This document shows, piece after piece, positions 48,601 through 56,209 of a DNA stretch of 57,239 nt. This stretch comes from Candidatus Zixiibacteriota bacterium (GTDB lineage Bacteria > Zixibacteria > MSB-5A5 > GN15 > JAAZOE01), in contig JBDREQ010000053.1 in the NCBI GenBank assembly GCA_043819555.1, forward strand, positions 1-57,239, given 5' to 3'. The first letter of the stretch is position 1, and every line of letters starts with the position of its first letter. The position numbers were made by a program, and so were the translations under genes. The notes below the pieces were generated by a model. It had not been told where the DNA came from, did not search any database, and saw only the letters and a program-made list of their open reading frames with translations.

Positions 48601-49972
48601 TTATGATGCGTCTGCTCTTTCATTCATAAATGCCGAAGCGGGTGACTTGCTCCAATATTGCGGTTGGGAGCACTTCTCGTATCGTTTCGGTTCCAGAGGC
48701 AATTGTGGAGGTTCTTGTCCTTCCGGACTACTCAGAATAATCGGTTTGGCGGAAACGAATAATGGCTCTCTACATCCCGACTGTTTTGGCGCGCCCACCG
48801 GTGATCCGTGGCAATTGGCAGTGTTGACTTTCTTTGTTTCCAATGACCGCACCTTTAACTGCATGTATGCCCCGATTAAATTCTTCTGGGACGATTGCGG
48901 AGATAACGCCTTGTCGAATATCACCGGCGATAGCCTGATAATCGGCGGCAGGATTTATGATTTTGAAGGCAATCTTATCTGGGATGAACTCGATGATATA
49001 AATTATCCCGAAAATGATCGTATTCCGTTCACCGGGACTCCTGATTTGTGTGGAAACGAAGGAAAGTATCCCCCTATCCGATGCGTTGATTATGTGTATG
49101 GCGGGATCGATATTGTATGTTCAGATTCAATCGATGATCGCGGCGATGTAAATATGAATGGATTGCCCAACGAAGTTGCCGATGCGGTAATGTTAACCAA
49201 CTACTTTATTGGCGGTTTGACAGCCTTTGGTAATCACAGTGAAGCATCGATCGCCGCATCTGATGTCAATGCCGATGGAGTATCGCTAACGGTTGCTGAC
49301 CTGGTTTACCTCGTCCGAATAATTACCGGTGATACCAGCCCAATATTAAAGCCAATCTTAAGATCAGAATTCAATATAACCTCGCATATGCGGGAAGATC
49401 GAATCGATATCAAGTATGATTCTGAAACTAAGGCAGGAGCGGCGTTACTCATATTTGAGACATTGGGGAATGCGGGTATACCAATACTTGGCGAAGGCGC
49501 CGAAAATATGGATATGACATACGGCGTCGAAGGCAATCAGTTGCGGGTATTGATTTATAATATTGGTTCACAATCGATATCATCTGGTGTTAACACACTA
49601 TTATCAATCCCGGCCGAGGGTTCGATAACTTTGATTGACGCCGAGATTGCCGATTATTTTGGCGGAATGATGACAACAAACCTAAAAACAATTCCGGATA
49701 ATTTCCGGTTAAGCCAGAATTATCCGAATCCATTTAATCCTTCAACATCTATAAGTCTATCAATGGCTGTACCGGGCAATTGGAGCATTGCTGTTTACAA
49801 TATCGCCGGTCAGAAAATCCGGGAGTATTCCGGATATTCAGAGGCTGGCATTGTATCAGTAACCTGGGACGGTTCGGACGAAAGCGGCCGCAAAGTGGCT
49901 TCCGGAATCTACTTATACAAAGCTGTTAGCGGCGACTTTAATGCCACGCGAAAGATGGTGTTGATGAAGTAA
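42659..49972 (+). CDS. Giant exported Cys-rich repeat protein with cohesin-like, dockerin-like and FlgD/T9SS-type C-terminal domains
   Basis: Signal peptide (SVFA|G); 17 tandem ~85-aa modules; AGFDLLLSYD cohesin-like segment; RGDVNMNG..VADAVML / ASDVNADG..VADLVYL; LSQNYPNPFNPST...WDG..SGIYLY..KMVLMK. Confidence 0.85.
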   Translation: MLGFHSIGRKFSPPICKCRTKGFLILICTCLLFFSGSVFAGEIFTHAPEYPPSEDAVIEGTYWANEKVTLQVTHLDGTLLTGPGGDPWEADATYDESNAAPVKESGGFLTYWNVDWAYAGDTLMITAEGNESGTTATASFVSPKTSLNQLHNGTFTSNAAWANGNINSNNSCYSEGRSVAYRYFIKELDAGTEHFFTIQMEWTKGGIHALDYLTDYDATETDALFDVGGACGTMSTSPPPGCNDPTESFTFPDFLNTANYSGTIPPDFFTTVNPGFVLDGPRNLKAYNVIIDSIGDYAFGGTSSDRKLEMVVYFTVRTTSSVGFFWGGHLAESSADAWGAGYGSSAVGGAPYHMRAKSLDGGGGCNQDRSIQNGVICMPPNTGITMDFSTVCDVGNNMYIATDTASTANMWTWTITNGTIVGPDDQSSVSFTVNPGLGAGDFVTIMVESCDGTSGCPGESCCATDSKSIPVAVCNQPPVASCPDNESHSFLCTPSEICVGPFSASDPDNNIVSETVDFGVLNGGNVCFTPNAAGVYIITYTVTDAYGATDECQTEVTVSYVNQPPVCNIPGDASYLVCGDTTFNIPVSATDPDGNLTGCTKTSGPGTYDGSTWIFTTTAPGVYTATFECSDDCGEICGGTVNITVGYNSAPVCNIPSSGTYFVCSDTTFSFPVSANDVDGNLVSCIQKSGNGTFDGTNWTFTTTGPGAYSATFECTDECGEVCTGSVNINVNYNHNPVCNMPPHNSYFVCGDTTFNIPISATDVDGNLVGCTKLSGPGTFNGSTWTFTSSGDGTYIATFECTDECGSSCTGEAKVTVTNNKAPTPQCPDNQTIFVCDLSPITINGFICEDPNGNLATCEVDVGELVGDAVTFTPIEGPNVITITATDDCGAVGTCYTTVTVVLNGPPVASCPGNESHSFLCEPSEICVSGFSSSDPDNNIVEELVSLGTLTDGTVCFTPDAPGVYTIIYTVTDACGETDECQTQVTVTFDNNPPVCNIPGDASYFVCGDTTFNFSVSATDPDGNLTGCTKISGPGSYDGSTWTFTTTAPGVYTATFECSDDCGLTCGGTVNITVGYNSAPVCNIPDDASYFVCGDTTFNIPVSATDVDGNLVGCTKTSGPGSFDGSTWTFTTTAPGVYTATFECSDECGEVCGGTVNITVGYNSAPVCELPTPEKCDYYICQDTTFNIEISATDVDDNLVGCTKTSGPGSFDGSIWTFDVTASGTFTATFECVDECGEICGGTVVITVAKNQPPVASCPGNESHSFLCEPSEICVSGFSSADPDNNIVEESVSLGTLTDGTVCFTPDAPGVYTIIYTVTDACGKTDECQTQVTVSFDNNSPVCDLPSNGTYFVCADTTFNFSVSATDPDDNLVGCEMTSGSGILNGGIWTFTTTGPGVYSATFECSDDCGLTCGGTVEITVNYNQAPVVSCPGNETFQFACEPGEICVGPFSATDADNNTVDEVVDLGTLTDGTVCFTPTSAGVYTITYTVTDACGTTSECQTEVTVELGNQPPVCDLPANTTYFICGDSTFNFEISATDPDDNLAGCEMTSGDGSFDGTTWTFTATTAGQYSATFECTDECGLTCGGMVTMTIQMNNPPPCDLPQSASYFVCDDTTFSFPVSATDPDGNLVGCEKTSGVGTLIDGIWSFTTTGPGTYSASFECSDACGETCGGSVDITVTYNNDPVATVPNPMTMNVCTLSELVIGGFSCSDPDGNLARCETDVGTYSNGEVRFTPVAGANVITLFAVDECGMVDSAKTTVTINLNHTPTCDIINHEYFQCVPSQVCEPKVATDPDGDITIGEIILGPGVFENGQWCYTPEGSETVEVTIRFTDMCGAYCDGTFTAEFNINDGPVASCPGNQTKYLFSLGEICVDGLECSDPDDNLTSCQILVNGASETLVDGTVCFDPVWGDNIIELTATDACGQSATCQTVITVEELYECPIVKIEKTHNTLQGHYTNVEVTIENGNFDLAGFDLLLSYDASALSFINAEAGDLLQYCGWEHFSYRFGSRGNCGGSCPSGLLRIIGLAETNNGSLHPDCFGAPTGDPWQLAVLTFFVSNDRTFNCMYAPIKFFWDDCGDNALSNITGDSLIIGGRIYDFEGNLIWDELDDINYPENDRIPFTGTPDLCGNEGKYPPIRCVDYVYGGIDIVCSDSIDDRGDVNMNGLPNEVADAVMLTNYFIGGLTAFGNHSEASIAASDVNADGVSLTVADLVYLVRIITGDTSPILKPILRSEFNITSHMREDRIDIKYDSETKAGAALLIFETLGNAGIPILGEGAENMDMTYGVEGNQLRVLIYNIGSQSISSGVNTLLSIPAEGSITLIDAEIADYFGGMMTTNLKTIPDNFRLSQNYPNPFNPSTSISLSMAVPGNWSIAVYNIAGQKIREYSGYSEAGIVSVTWDGSDESGRKVASGIYLYKAVSGDFNATRKMVLMK
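44081..48480 (+). repeat. 17 intragenic Ig-like Cys-rich modules (order A B B B C A B B B A B A B B C D C)
   Basis: Type A NxPPVASCPxNESHSFLCEP..TDACG; type B NxAPVCxIP..YFVCGDTTF..FECxDxCGxxC; A2 and A3 nearly identical at DNA level. Confidence 0.9.
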
Positions 49973-49993
49973 TATATTCCCCAATTCAATGCT

Positions 49994-50025
49994 AAAAACC
50001 CCCTGGAAAACACAGGGGGTTTTTT
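49994..50025. terminator. Bidirectional terminator
   Basis: AAAAACCCCCTG-GAAAACA-CAGGGGGTTTTTT between convergent genes. Confidence 0.85.
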
Positions 50026-50044
50026 ATTATCCCTGGAACGGCTA

Positions 50045-50877
50045 TTAGCCTTTGTCGGGAGACATAATGGCAAAGGAATGCATTTCATATTCAATTCTCG
50101 GTCCATAATGCATGCGCAATGAAGGATTAGAATAAAGAAAACCGGCTTTAGTAAACAAATGAATTGCCTCGGTGTTTATGCCGGGCAAGCCAGTTGATAA
50201 ATAAACAGTTTTATAATCGTTGAGAATTTGGTCAAGAATTGACTGAGCAGCATTTACGGATTTTGCCACAAATGGTCCTATAACATAGCCGCCGTTAGAT
50301 ATTGGTCGGACAAATGAATATCCATTGATAGTATTTTCTTCGGCGGTATAAAGTCTATCTTTAAATTCCTTATATAATGGGTAAGGAGGCGGCTATGGTC
50401 CTTCCCCGTTAATTCTTTGTCTAAATGCAAAATATCCTTGCAGGGTGCGTCCGGCTCTTTCCGGTTCGGCGAGAATTCCTTTTTTAGACCCGGTCGGAAT
50501 AATCTAAGCGACAAATACTTATCACGAAAATTAAGCCTTCGATAAAGCGGGACGGCCGGGAAGACACCATCGAGCTCAATTGTTGCGACTTTATCCTTTT
50601 TCAATCTATCAATAGCATGGAGTACCAGGGACTCGCCAATTTTTCGTCCCCGGAATTGGGGGGGGACTATCAGGGTACCCAGAAAGGCGCTGTCCGCGTA
50701 CTTTATTGAAGTGACAATGCCAACCGGTTCTTCGCCCTTCCAGGCGACAAAACATCCATCAGGAGACAGATTGACCAGGCGGACAAAACCTTCGCGTGTA
50801 TAACCCCATTCCTCATAGTCAGTTAGGGATTTAGCAAAATCAATATCTTCATATGTCATGCATCGTATATCACTCAT
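50045..50877 (-). pseudogene. Two-domain GNAT acetyltransferase (YitH-like) split by a frameshift near 50372
   Basis: LIVPPQFRGRKIG..LYRRLNF in the 5' ORF; the alternative frame continues KEFKDRLY..GYSFVRP..YVIGPFVA into the 50045..50269 ORF. Confidence 0.8.
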
Positions 50878-51087
50878 ATTATATCCTCCAATATTTTTTT
50901 GCCAAGTTATTTAAATAATTAAATTTTGCAATAAAAATTCCGGGAATAAAGAATATGGCCGTTTCATTTAAATAAGTTAGCTGAATGTCGATATTACATT
51001 AATTAAGGTACAGACGATAAAAATCAGAGATTGTGCAATTATTGGAAATGAATAGCTTGAATTTGCGGCAATATTTTTGCTAATTAT

Positions 51088-52539
51088 ATGGATTTCCGAA
51101 TGAAATTGCCGCGAAAGGAGAAAATCTTGACTCTGGATAAGTTATCAAAATACGCAAAAGCCAATAGGGCCGAATATATTGACATGAAGTTTTCTGATCT
51201 TCCCGGAAGCTGGCATCATATAACACTTCCGATTTCGTCTTTGAATAGCCAATTATTGATTGATGGTGTAGGCGTGGATGGTAGTTCATTGCCAGGGTTT
51301 TCTCGAATAGAACGGGGCGATATGATTGCGCTGCCGGATACCGATACCGTATTTGTCGATCCTTTCTTTGAATTGCCGACGATTTCGTTTATATGCGATA
51401 TTTATGACGTGAGCGAAAAGATGAAACCGTATTCTCGCAATCCGCGGAGAATAGCCAAGGATGCGGAAAAATTCCTTCAGAAATACGTCAAGGGGGCAAG
51501 CCTGATTATTGGTCCGGAATTCGAGTTTTATATTTTTGATAAAGTGAATTTTTTTCAGGGCCCGGACAGCGCTTTTTATTATATCGATTCCAAGGAGGCG
51601 GAATGGAATGCTGCCCAGGATGAAGAAAATCTTGGGTATAAAATACCCTATAAAAAGGGATATCATGTTGCTCCTCCGATGGACAGGACATTTAATATCC
51701 GTTCGACCATATCATCAATACTGGCAAGTTTGGGCATTGATCTGAAGTATCATCATCATGAAGTCGGGGGTGGCGGCCAGCATGAAATTGAGGTGAAATT
51801 TCAACCTCTTTTGAAAATGGCCGATCAAACGATGATGGTTAAATATGTTGTAAAGAATCAATGCTTTCGACTAAGTAAGTCGGCGACTTTTATGCCCAAA
51901 CCGCTGTTTAATGAACCGGGTTCAGGGCTCCATGTCCATCAGTATCTGGCCGATAAAAACGGTTCGATATTTTATGATAAAAAGGGACCCGCCAGATTTT
52001 CAAAAATCGGATTGCATTATATTGGCGGCGTCTTAAAGCATGTCGATTCAATTCTCGCTTTTTCAAATCCCTCCACAAATTCCTTCAAGCGATTAGTACC
52101 GGGGTTTGAGGCTCCGGTTGCCGGAACATACTCCGTCGGCAATCGGACGGCATGCATAAGGATCCCCGGCTATCAAAAGGATCCGAAGACGATGAGATTT
52201 GAGTTTCGCCCCCCTGATGGAACCATGAACGCTTACCTTTCTTATTCGGCCATGTTAATGGCCGGTATTGACGGAATACGAAATAAGATTGATCCCGGCT
52301 TGCCATTAGATAAAAATCTCGATGAAATGCCATTGGAAGAGTTGGCCAAAATCCATCAGTTACCGACTTCACTGACAAAAGCGCTCAACGCTCTTGAAAA
52401 TGATCATGATTATCTATTGGAGGGCGGCGTATTTACAGAAGATCTCCTGCAAACCTGGATTGGACTGAAGAGTAAAGAAGTTGACCAAATTCGCATCCGT
52501 CCGACGCCTTATGAGTTTGAAGTTTATTATAATACCTAA
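51088..52539 (+). CDS. glnA: Glutamine synthetase type I
   Basis: DGSSLPGF, GPEFEFYIF, HHHEVG, ATFMPKP, GSGLHVH, NSFKRLVPGFEAP, NRTACIRIP, RFEFRPPD. Confidence 0.96.
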   Translation: MDFRMKLPRKEKILTLDKLSKYAKANRAEYIDMKFSDLPGSWHHITLPISSLNSQLLIDGVGVDGSSLPGFSRIERGDMIALPDTDTVFVDPFFELPTISFICDIYDVSEKMKPYSRNPRRIAKDAEKFLQKYVKGASLIIGPEFEFYIFDKVNFFQGPDSAFYYIDSKEAEWNAAQDEENLGYKIPYKKGYHVAPPMDRTFNIRSTISSILASLGIDLKYHHHEVGGGGQHEIEVKFQPLLKMADQTMMVKYVVKNQCFRLSKSATFMPKPLFNEPGSGLHVHQYLADKNGSIFYDKKGPARFSKIGLHYIGGVLKHVDSILAFSNPSTNSFKRLVPGFEAPVAGTYSVGNRTACIRIPGYQKDPKTMRFEFRPPDGTMNAYLSYSAMLMAGIDGIRNKIDPGLPLDKNLDEMPLEELAKIHQLPTSLTKALNALENDHDYLLEGGVFTEDLLQTWIGLKSKEVDQIRIRPTPYEFEVYYNT

Positions 52540-52558
52540 TTGAGATGTTTTATGCCAG

Positions 52559-53074
52559 ATGATCAAATTAAAAGAAAAATACATACTGGCTAATTGCTGT
52601 TCTCCTCAGTTAAGCGATAGTATTACCGGTTATTTTAGCTATGATGACAAAATAAAAGTCCACCGCTCTGATTGTGGCAATCTTATTAAGGCGGATAAAT
52701 CCAGATTATTGGACTTGAGGTGGGATGAGATTTGCGAGGAAGAAGATTTTATCCCGAGTGATGATTTTGCGACTCTAACTAAGATTGATTTTCTCCTGAT
52801 GGAACACCACAAGAATTATGGTTTTGATTATTCGAGAAAGATAGCTTCAATGTACAAACTCGACAAGCAGGCTGTTTTTGAGAGTCATGCCAAATTGAGA
52901 GAGATGAAATTATTAGAGCGAGTCGAGCCGCGCATGATTCAATATCGTAAAAATATCGTCAAGGGAAAGTGGATAAAACATCGCAATCATACTTATTATG
53001 ATTTGACGGATAAGGGCAAGAAATACTATGATTATTTTATCAAACAATCAAAAGGGAGAAATAATAAATTCTAA
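52559..53074 (+). CDS. RelA/SpoT-type zinc-finger domain fused to DUF2250-like winged helix
   Basis: LANCCSP..DSITGY..IKVHRSDCGNL..RLLDLRW followed by GFDYSRKIA..LLERVE..KHRNHTYYDLTDKG. Confidence 0.7.
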   Translation: MIKLKEKYILANCCSPQLSDSITGYFSYDDKIKVHRSDCGNLIKADKSRLLDLRWDEICEEEDFIPSDDFATLTKIDFLLMEHHKNYGFDYSRKIASMYKLDKQAVFESHAKLREMKLLERVEPRMIQYRKNIVKGKWIKHRNHTYYDLTDKGKKYYDYFIKQSKGRNNKF

Positions 53075-54690
53075 TCGCATTCAGGGGGAGAGCCGCCTTT
53101 AAAAGTAAAATTTATTAAAAATACGGCATCGCCGACGTTTACTCGGCCATCGGAATTGGCATCAGCGGCTTCAGGATATTCAGGGGGAAGCCCGCCCTTG
53201 AAGATAAGATTTATGATAAATACGGCATCGCCAATGTTTACATCAGAATCGTTATTGGCATCACCGCAAACATATGGCGGAGGTATTGATAAAGATACAT
53301 CCAGTCTAATGCCATTATTCTCAGAAACGTCGATATCGTATATTATTAATGTATCATATCCAGCTGAAGTAAATTCAATATCATAAGTTCCCGGTTCAAT
53401 CATTCGGTGATAGTCGCCAACATCGGGGTCCGTAAACACTCGCGAGCTATCCAAATCACTATCATGGCTCGGTATTCGAATCGAGGCCAATAAGGGTAAA
53501 CCTGTTTGCTCATCTGTGACAACCCCTCGAATTCCAAATAGCGCGTTTTCAATATAATGTAGAAAGCTTGATCTGTTGTAGTTCCAGAATTCCAGGAGCA
53601 GTGATTCGGGCAGAAATTTAATGTCCGAAATTTCTATCAATACTTCCCGACATCCGTGCCAATAGTTCATATAATCCTGTCTGCCGCCGGTGATAGGATA
53701 CCAGGCATATCCATTGGTTATGCCATTGTTGCGGTCAGTCAAATAATTAGCCGGGGAGTAGTATTGGGCGGAATCGGCATAGTCGCGTGAGATATCGATA
53801 AACCAATTATCATCAGTGTGCAGGCGCGACCAGGTATCCCAGGGGTAATTGATGACTTCGGCGCCGCCATGGAAATTCACGGCAAGGCAAAACGATTGCG
53901 CCGCGGCAAGGTTCATCATCACCGTAGTTTCTGCTTGCCAACCGTTACCATCCGGGTGAGGGCCGTCGTCCGGGTCGGGATAGTTACGATTCAAATCAAC
54001 ACCCATAGCATTAAACCGAGTCGGAAGATAAATGGCATTATCACCGGTTGAATAGGTACCGTCGGGATTTGCCAGCGGATTTATCCAAATTTCACAACTG
54101 TCAACCAGTCGAGAAATCAGTTCATTATTCCCGTAATTTTGCAGGAGATAATCGATAAGCCGAAGCATAAGTACATAGCCGGTTGTTTCATCGCCATGCA
54201 TCGAACTCGTGAGGAATACCTCCGGTTCATCCTCCTCCAACTCAATATTATCCGAAATCCGAGCGACAAGGATTTGATGATCCATTACCGAAGAGCCGGC
54301 ATCAATAATCTGACAATATTCTGGGAAATCCGCCTGGAATTGATACATCATGGCCACGTAAGCAGGGTAAGTTGGGTAAACATCCCAATCAGCCATTGAG
54401 TTTTTATCCAGCCCCATTTTTGGTGAAAACAAACTGCCAGGGTGAGGAAGACTTTTATAAAAATATCCGCGATTCTCAAGATTGGCTAACTGTTGTGGCG
54501 TTCCATAAGCGAAGACCGTATTGCCTTTGATATTATCAATAGAAATCAATCTGGTTAACTCATTCAAATTGGTTTGGGAATCAACCTGTATCTCTATATA
54601 ATACTCGGATACGCCAGCGGAAATTGCCGTCGCAAAAACGAGCAGAACAATAATGGTTTGCAGAATATTCAATCTTGTGCCTCTGTTCAT
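53071..54690 (-). CDS. Exported M14 zinc carboxypeptidase with C-terminal dockerin-like domain
   Basis: MHGDE, NPDG, DLNRNYP, NFHGGA..NYPWD, GGRQDY; GDANNDSDVNIGDAVFIIN / ADANSDGRVNVGDAVFLIN. Confidence 0.92.
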   Translation of the reverse strand: MNRGTRLNILQTIIVLLVFATAISAGVSEYYIEIQVDSQTNLNELTRLISIDNIKGNTVFAYGTPQQLANLENRGYFYKSLPHPGSLFSPKMGLDKNSMADWDVYPTYPAYVAMMYQFQADFPEYCQIIDAGSSVMDHQILVARISDNIELEEDEPEVFLTSSMHGDETTGYVLMLRLIDYLLQNYGNNELISRLVDSCEIWINPLANPDGTYSTGDNAIYLPTRFNAMGVDLNRNYPDPDDGPHPDGNGWQAETTVMMNLAAAQSFCLAVNFHGGAEVINYPWDTWSRLHTDDNWFIDISRDYADSAQYYSPANYLTDRNNGITNGYAWYPITGGRQDYMNYWHGCREVLIEISDIKFLPESLLLEFWNYNRSSFLHYIENALFGIRGVVTDEQTGLPLLASIRIPSHDSDLDSSRVFTDPDVGDYHRMIEPGTYDIEFTSAGYDTLIIYDIDVSENNGIRLDVSLSIPPPYVCGDANNDSDVNIGDAVFIINLIFKGGLPPEYPEAADANSDGRVNVGDAVFLINFTFKGGSPPECD

Positions 54691-54865
54691 ATATTATATT
54701 TCGGCTTTTGGCCGATTATTTTCAGTTGTTATGACATAGCAGTAACAATACGATCCGTTAAGAGTAAAATAGTCAATATTATTTTTTCGTCAATTGCTAA
54801 TTTTTGATTGAATTTTGTATGAAAAATGATAAATATAGTAAGGTGCGTATTCAGGAAGGAGTGTT

Positions 54866-55378
54866 ATGATTGGAATAAATAGTTTGAGGACTAATTCAAT
54901 CCTGGCGGCTTTATTAATAATCTGTAATTTTGTTATTTCGGCCTGCAAGGAGGATGATAGTTTATTTCAGGAAAAGAAAAAAGACATGATTTCTGAGGCC
55001 AAAAATGCAGTCGGCTTGGTGACGGTTGATGAATTGGCGGAAATAATGAGCAATAATCAAGAGTTTTCAATAATCGATATTAGGACCGAAGACGAATATA
55101 CTCAGGGTCATATAAATGGCTCCGTTTGGATTGCCCGAGGCATGCTTGAATTCAAGGCGGGGCAGGGGCCATTAAAAGATTTCGATAAAAAATATATCTT
55201 GTATTGCCGGGTAGATTCTCGGAGCGCGTTGGCCGCAAAAACACTTATCGATCTGGGTTATCAAGACGTTTCGATTTTGAAGGGCGGTTTTTCCGTCTGG
55301 TGCAACGCCGGGTATAGTATTTATAATCGCCACGGTGAAATGACTGTAAAATCTTTCGAGCGAGAAGAAACGGAATAA
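54866..55378 (+). CDS. Rhodanese-domain lipoprotein
   Basis: Lipobox ISAC; IDIRTEDEY..GHING; active loop YCRVDSRS; LKGGFSVW. Confidence 0.88.
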   Translation: MIGINSLRTNSILAALLIICNFVISACKEDDSLFQEKKKDMISEAKNAVGLVTVDELAEIMSNNQEFSIIDIRTEDEYTQGHINGSVWIARGMLEFKAGQGPLKDFDKKYILYCRVDSRSALAAKTLIDLGYQDVSILKGGFSVWCNAGYSIYNRHGEMTVKSFEREETE

Positions 55379-55477
55379 TTGCATCGGAAAGATGAGAGAA
55401 TGTATTAAACAGGCTTGGTAAAGGCAGGAGAATAATTAATATCCTCCTGCCCATTCCATGTATAACGGTGAACCGTA

Positions 55478-55921
55478 TTATTTTATGGTAATCTCCTGCA
55501 TCAATTTACCGCCGAAAATCTCCCGGATTTTCTCACGGCCTAAGCTCTTTTTGATTTGTTCGTCTTCTGTACCAATTGCGTTTTCGATGATAGCCTCAAA
55601 TTTGTCGCCCAATCCGTCAAGGGCGGCGTAGTTTTCATATTCGACCATCAGCATTACATCCCAGTCGTCAGGATTGGAGGCTCCACCGACAAAGACCGTA
55701 TAAGATAAGATTAATCCCTCTTTCAAAGCGGCGTCCATGACTTTTTTCCAGGCCCCCTGCAGGTCTTTGATATATTGATCCTGCATATTGGCTTCGGTTT
55801 GAATTAATGATATTTGCCAAACAGAGCCTTCAGTGTAGGGCGATTCGGCGGACACAATCGGAGTGATAAAAATAAAAATCAATGATAAAATTACGGCGGC
55901 GGTAATACCAAGGCGAAGCAT
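55478..55921 (-). CDS. Hypothetical exported protein
   Basis: GGAGG SD, signal peptide VSA|E, YTEGSVW..DDWDVMLMVEY; upstream TTGACT-N17-TATATA promoter. Confidence 0.75.
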   Translation of the reverse strand: MLRLGITAAVILSLIFIFITPIVSAESPYTEGSVWQISLIQTEANMQDQYIKDLQGAWKKVMDAALKEGLILSYTVFVGGASNPDDWDVMLMVEYENYAALDGLGDKFEAIIENAIGTEDEQIKKSLGREKIREIFGGKLMQEITIK

Positions 55922-56209
55922 AATTACCTCCCGGTTTAAAATACTTGATAATAATGAGTCCGGCCTGATGATTATAATGGCAAATGCTGATAAGATAAAT
56001 TACTGACGGGCCCCCATTGCCTCGGCGAGTTATATAATAAATACTCTCGGAAAAGTCAAGCGTCTGGCTTAGTATTTTTGAAAATGGGTTTGTTTCCTCA
56101 GATTAACGCGTATTATTTATCTAACAATTATTTTCCTTGTGATACAATAAGTTATTGACATTTCATACTCCGTTATTTATATATTCTAACATATTTCTAA
56201 GGAGTTTGC

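Noticed and set aside
87..55454. Numerous 60-140 aa ORFs antisense to or nested in the called genes (e.g. 2132..2347, 8978..9376, 30518..30949, 45766..46146)
   Set aside because: They are shadows of well-supported genes, with no recognisable motifs.
55922..56030. Riboswitch in the ~100-nt leader of the 55921 gene
   Set aside because: A short GC-rich patch only; no conserved aptamer motif or expression platform recognised.
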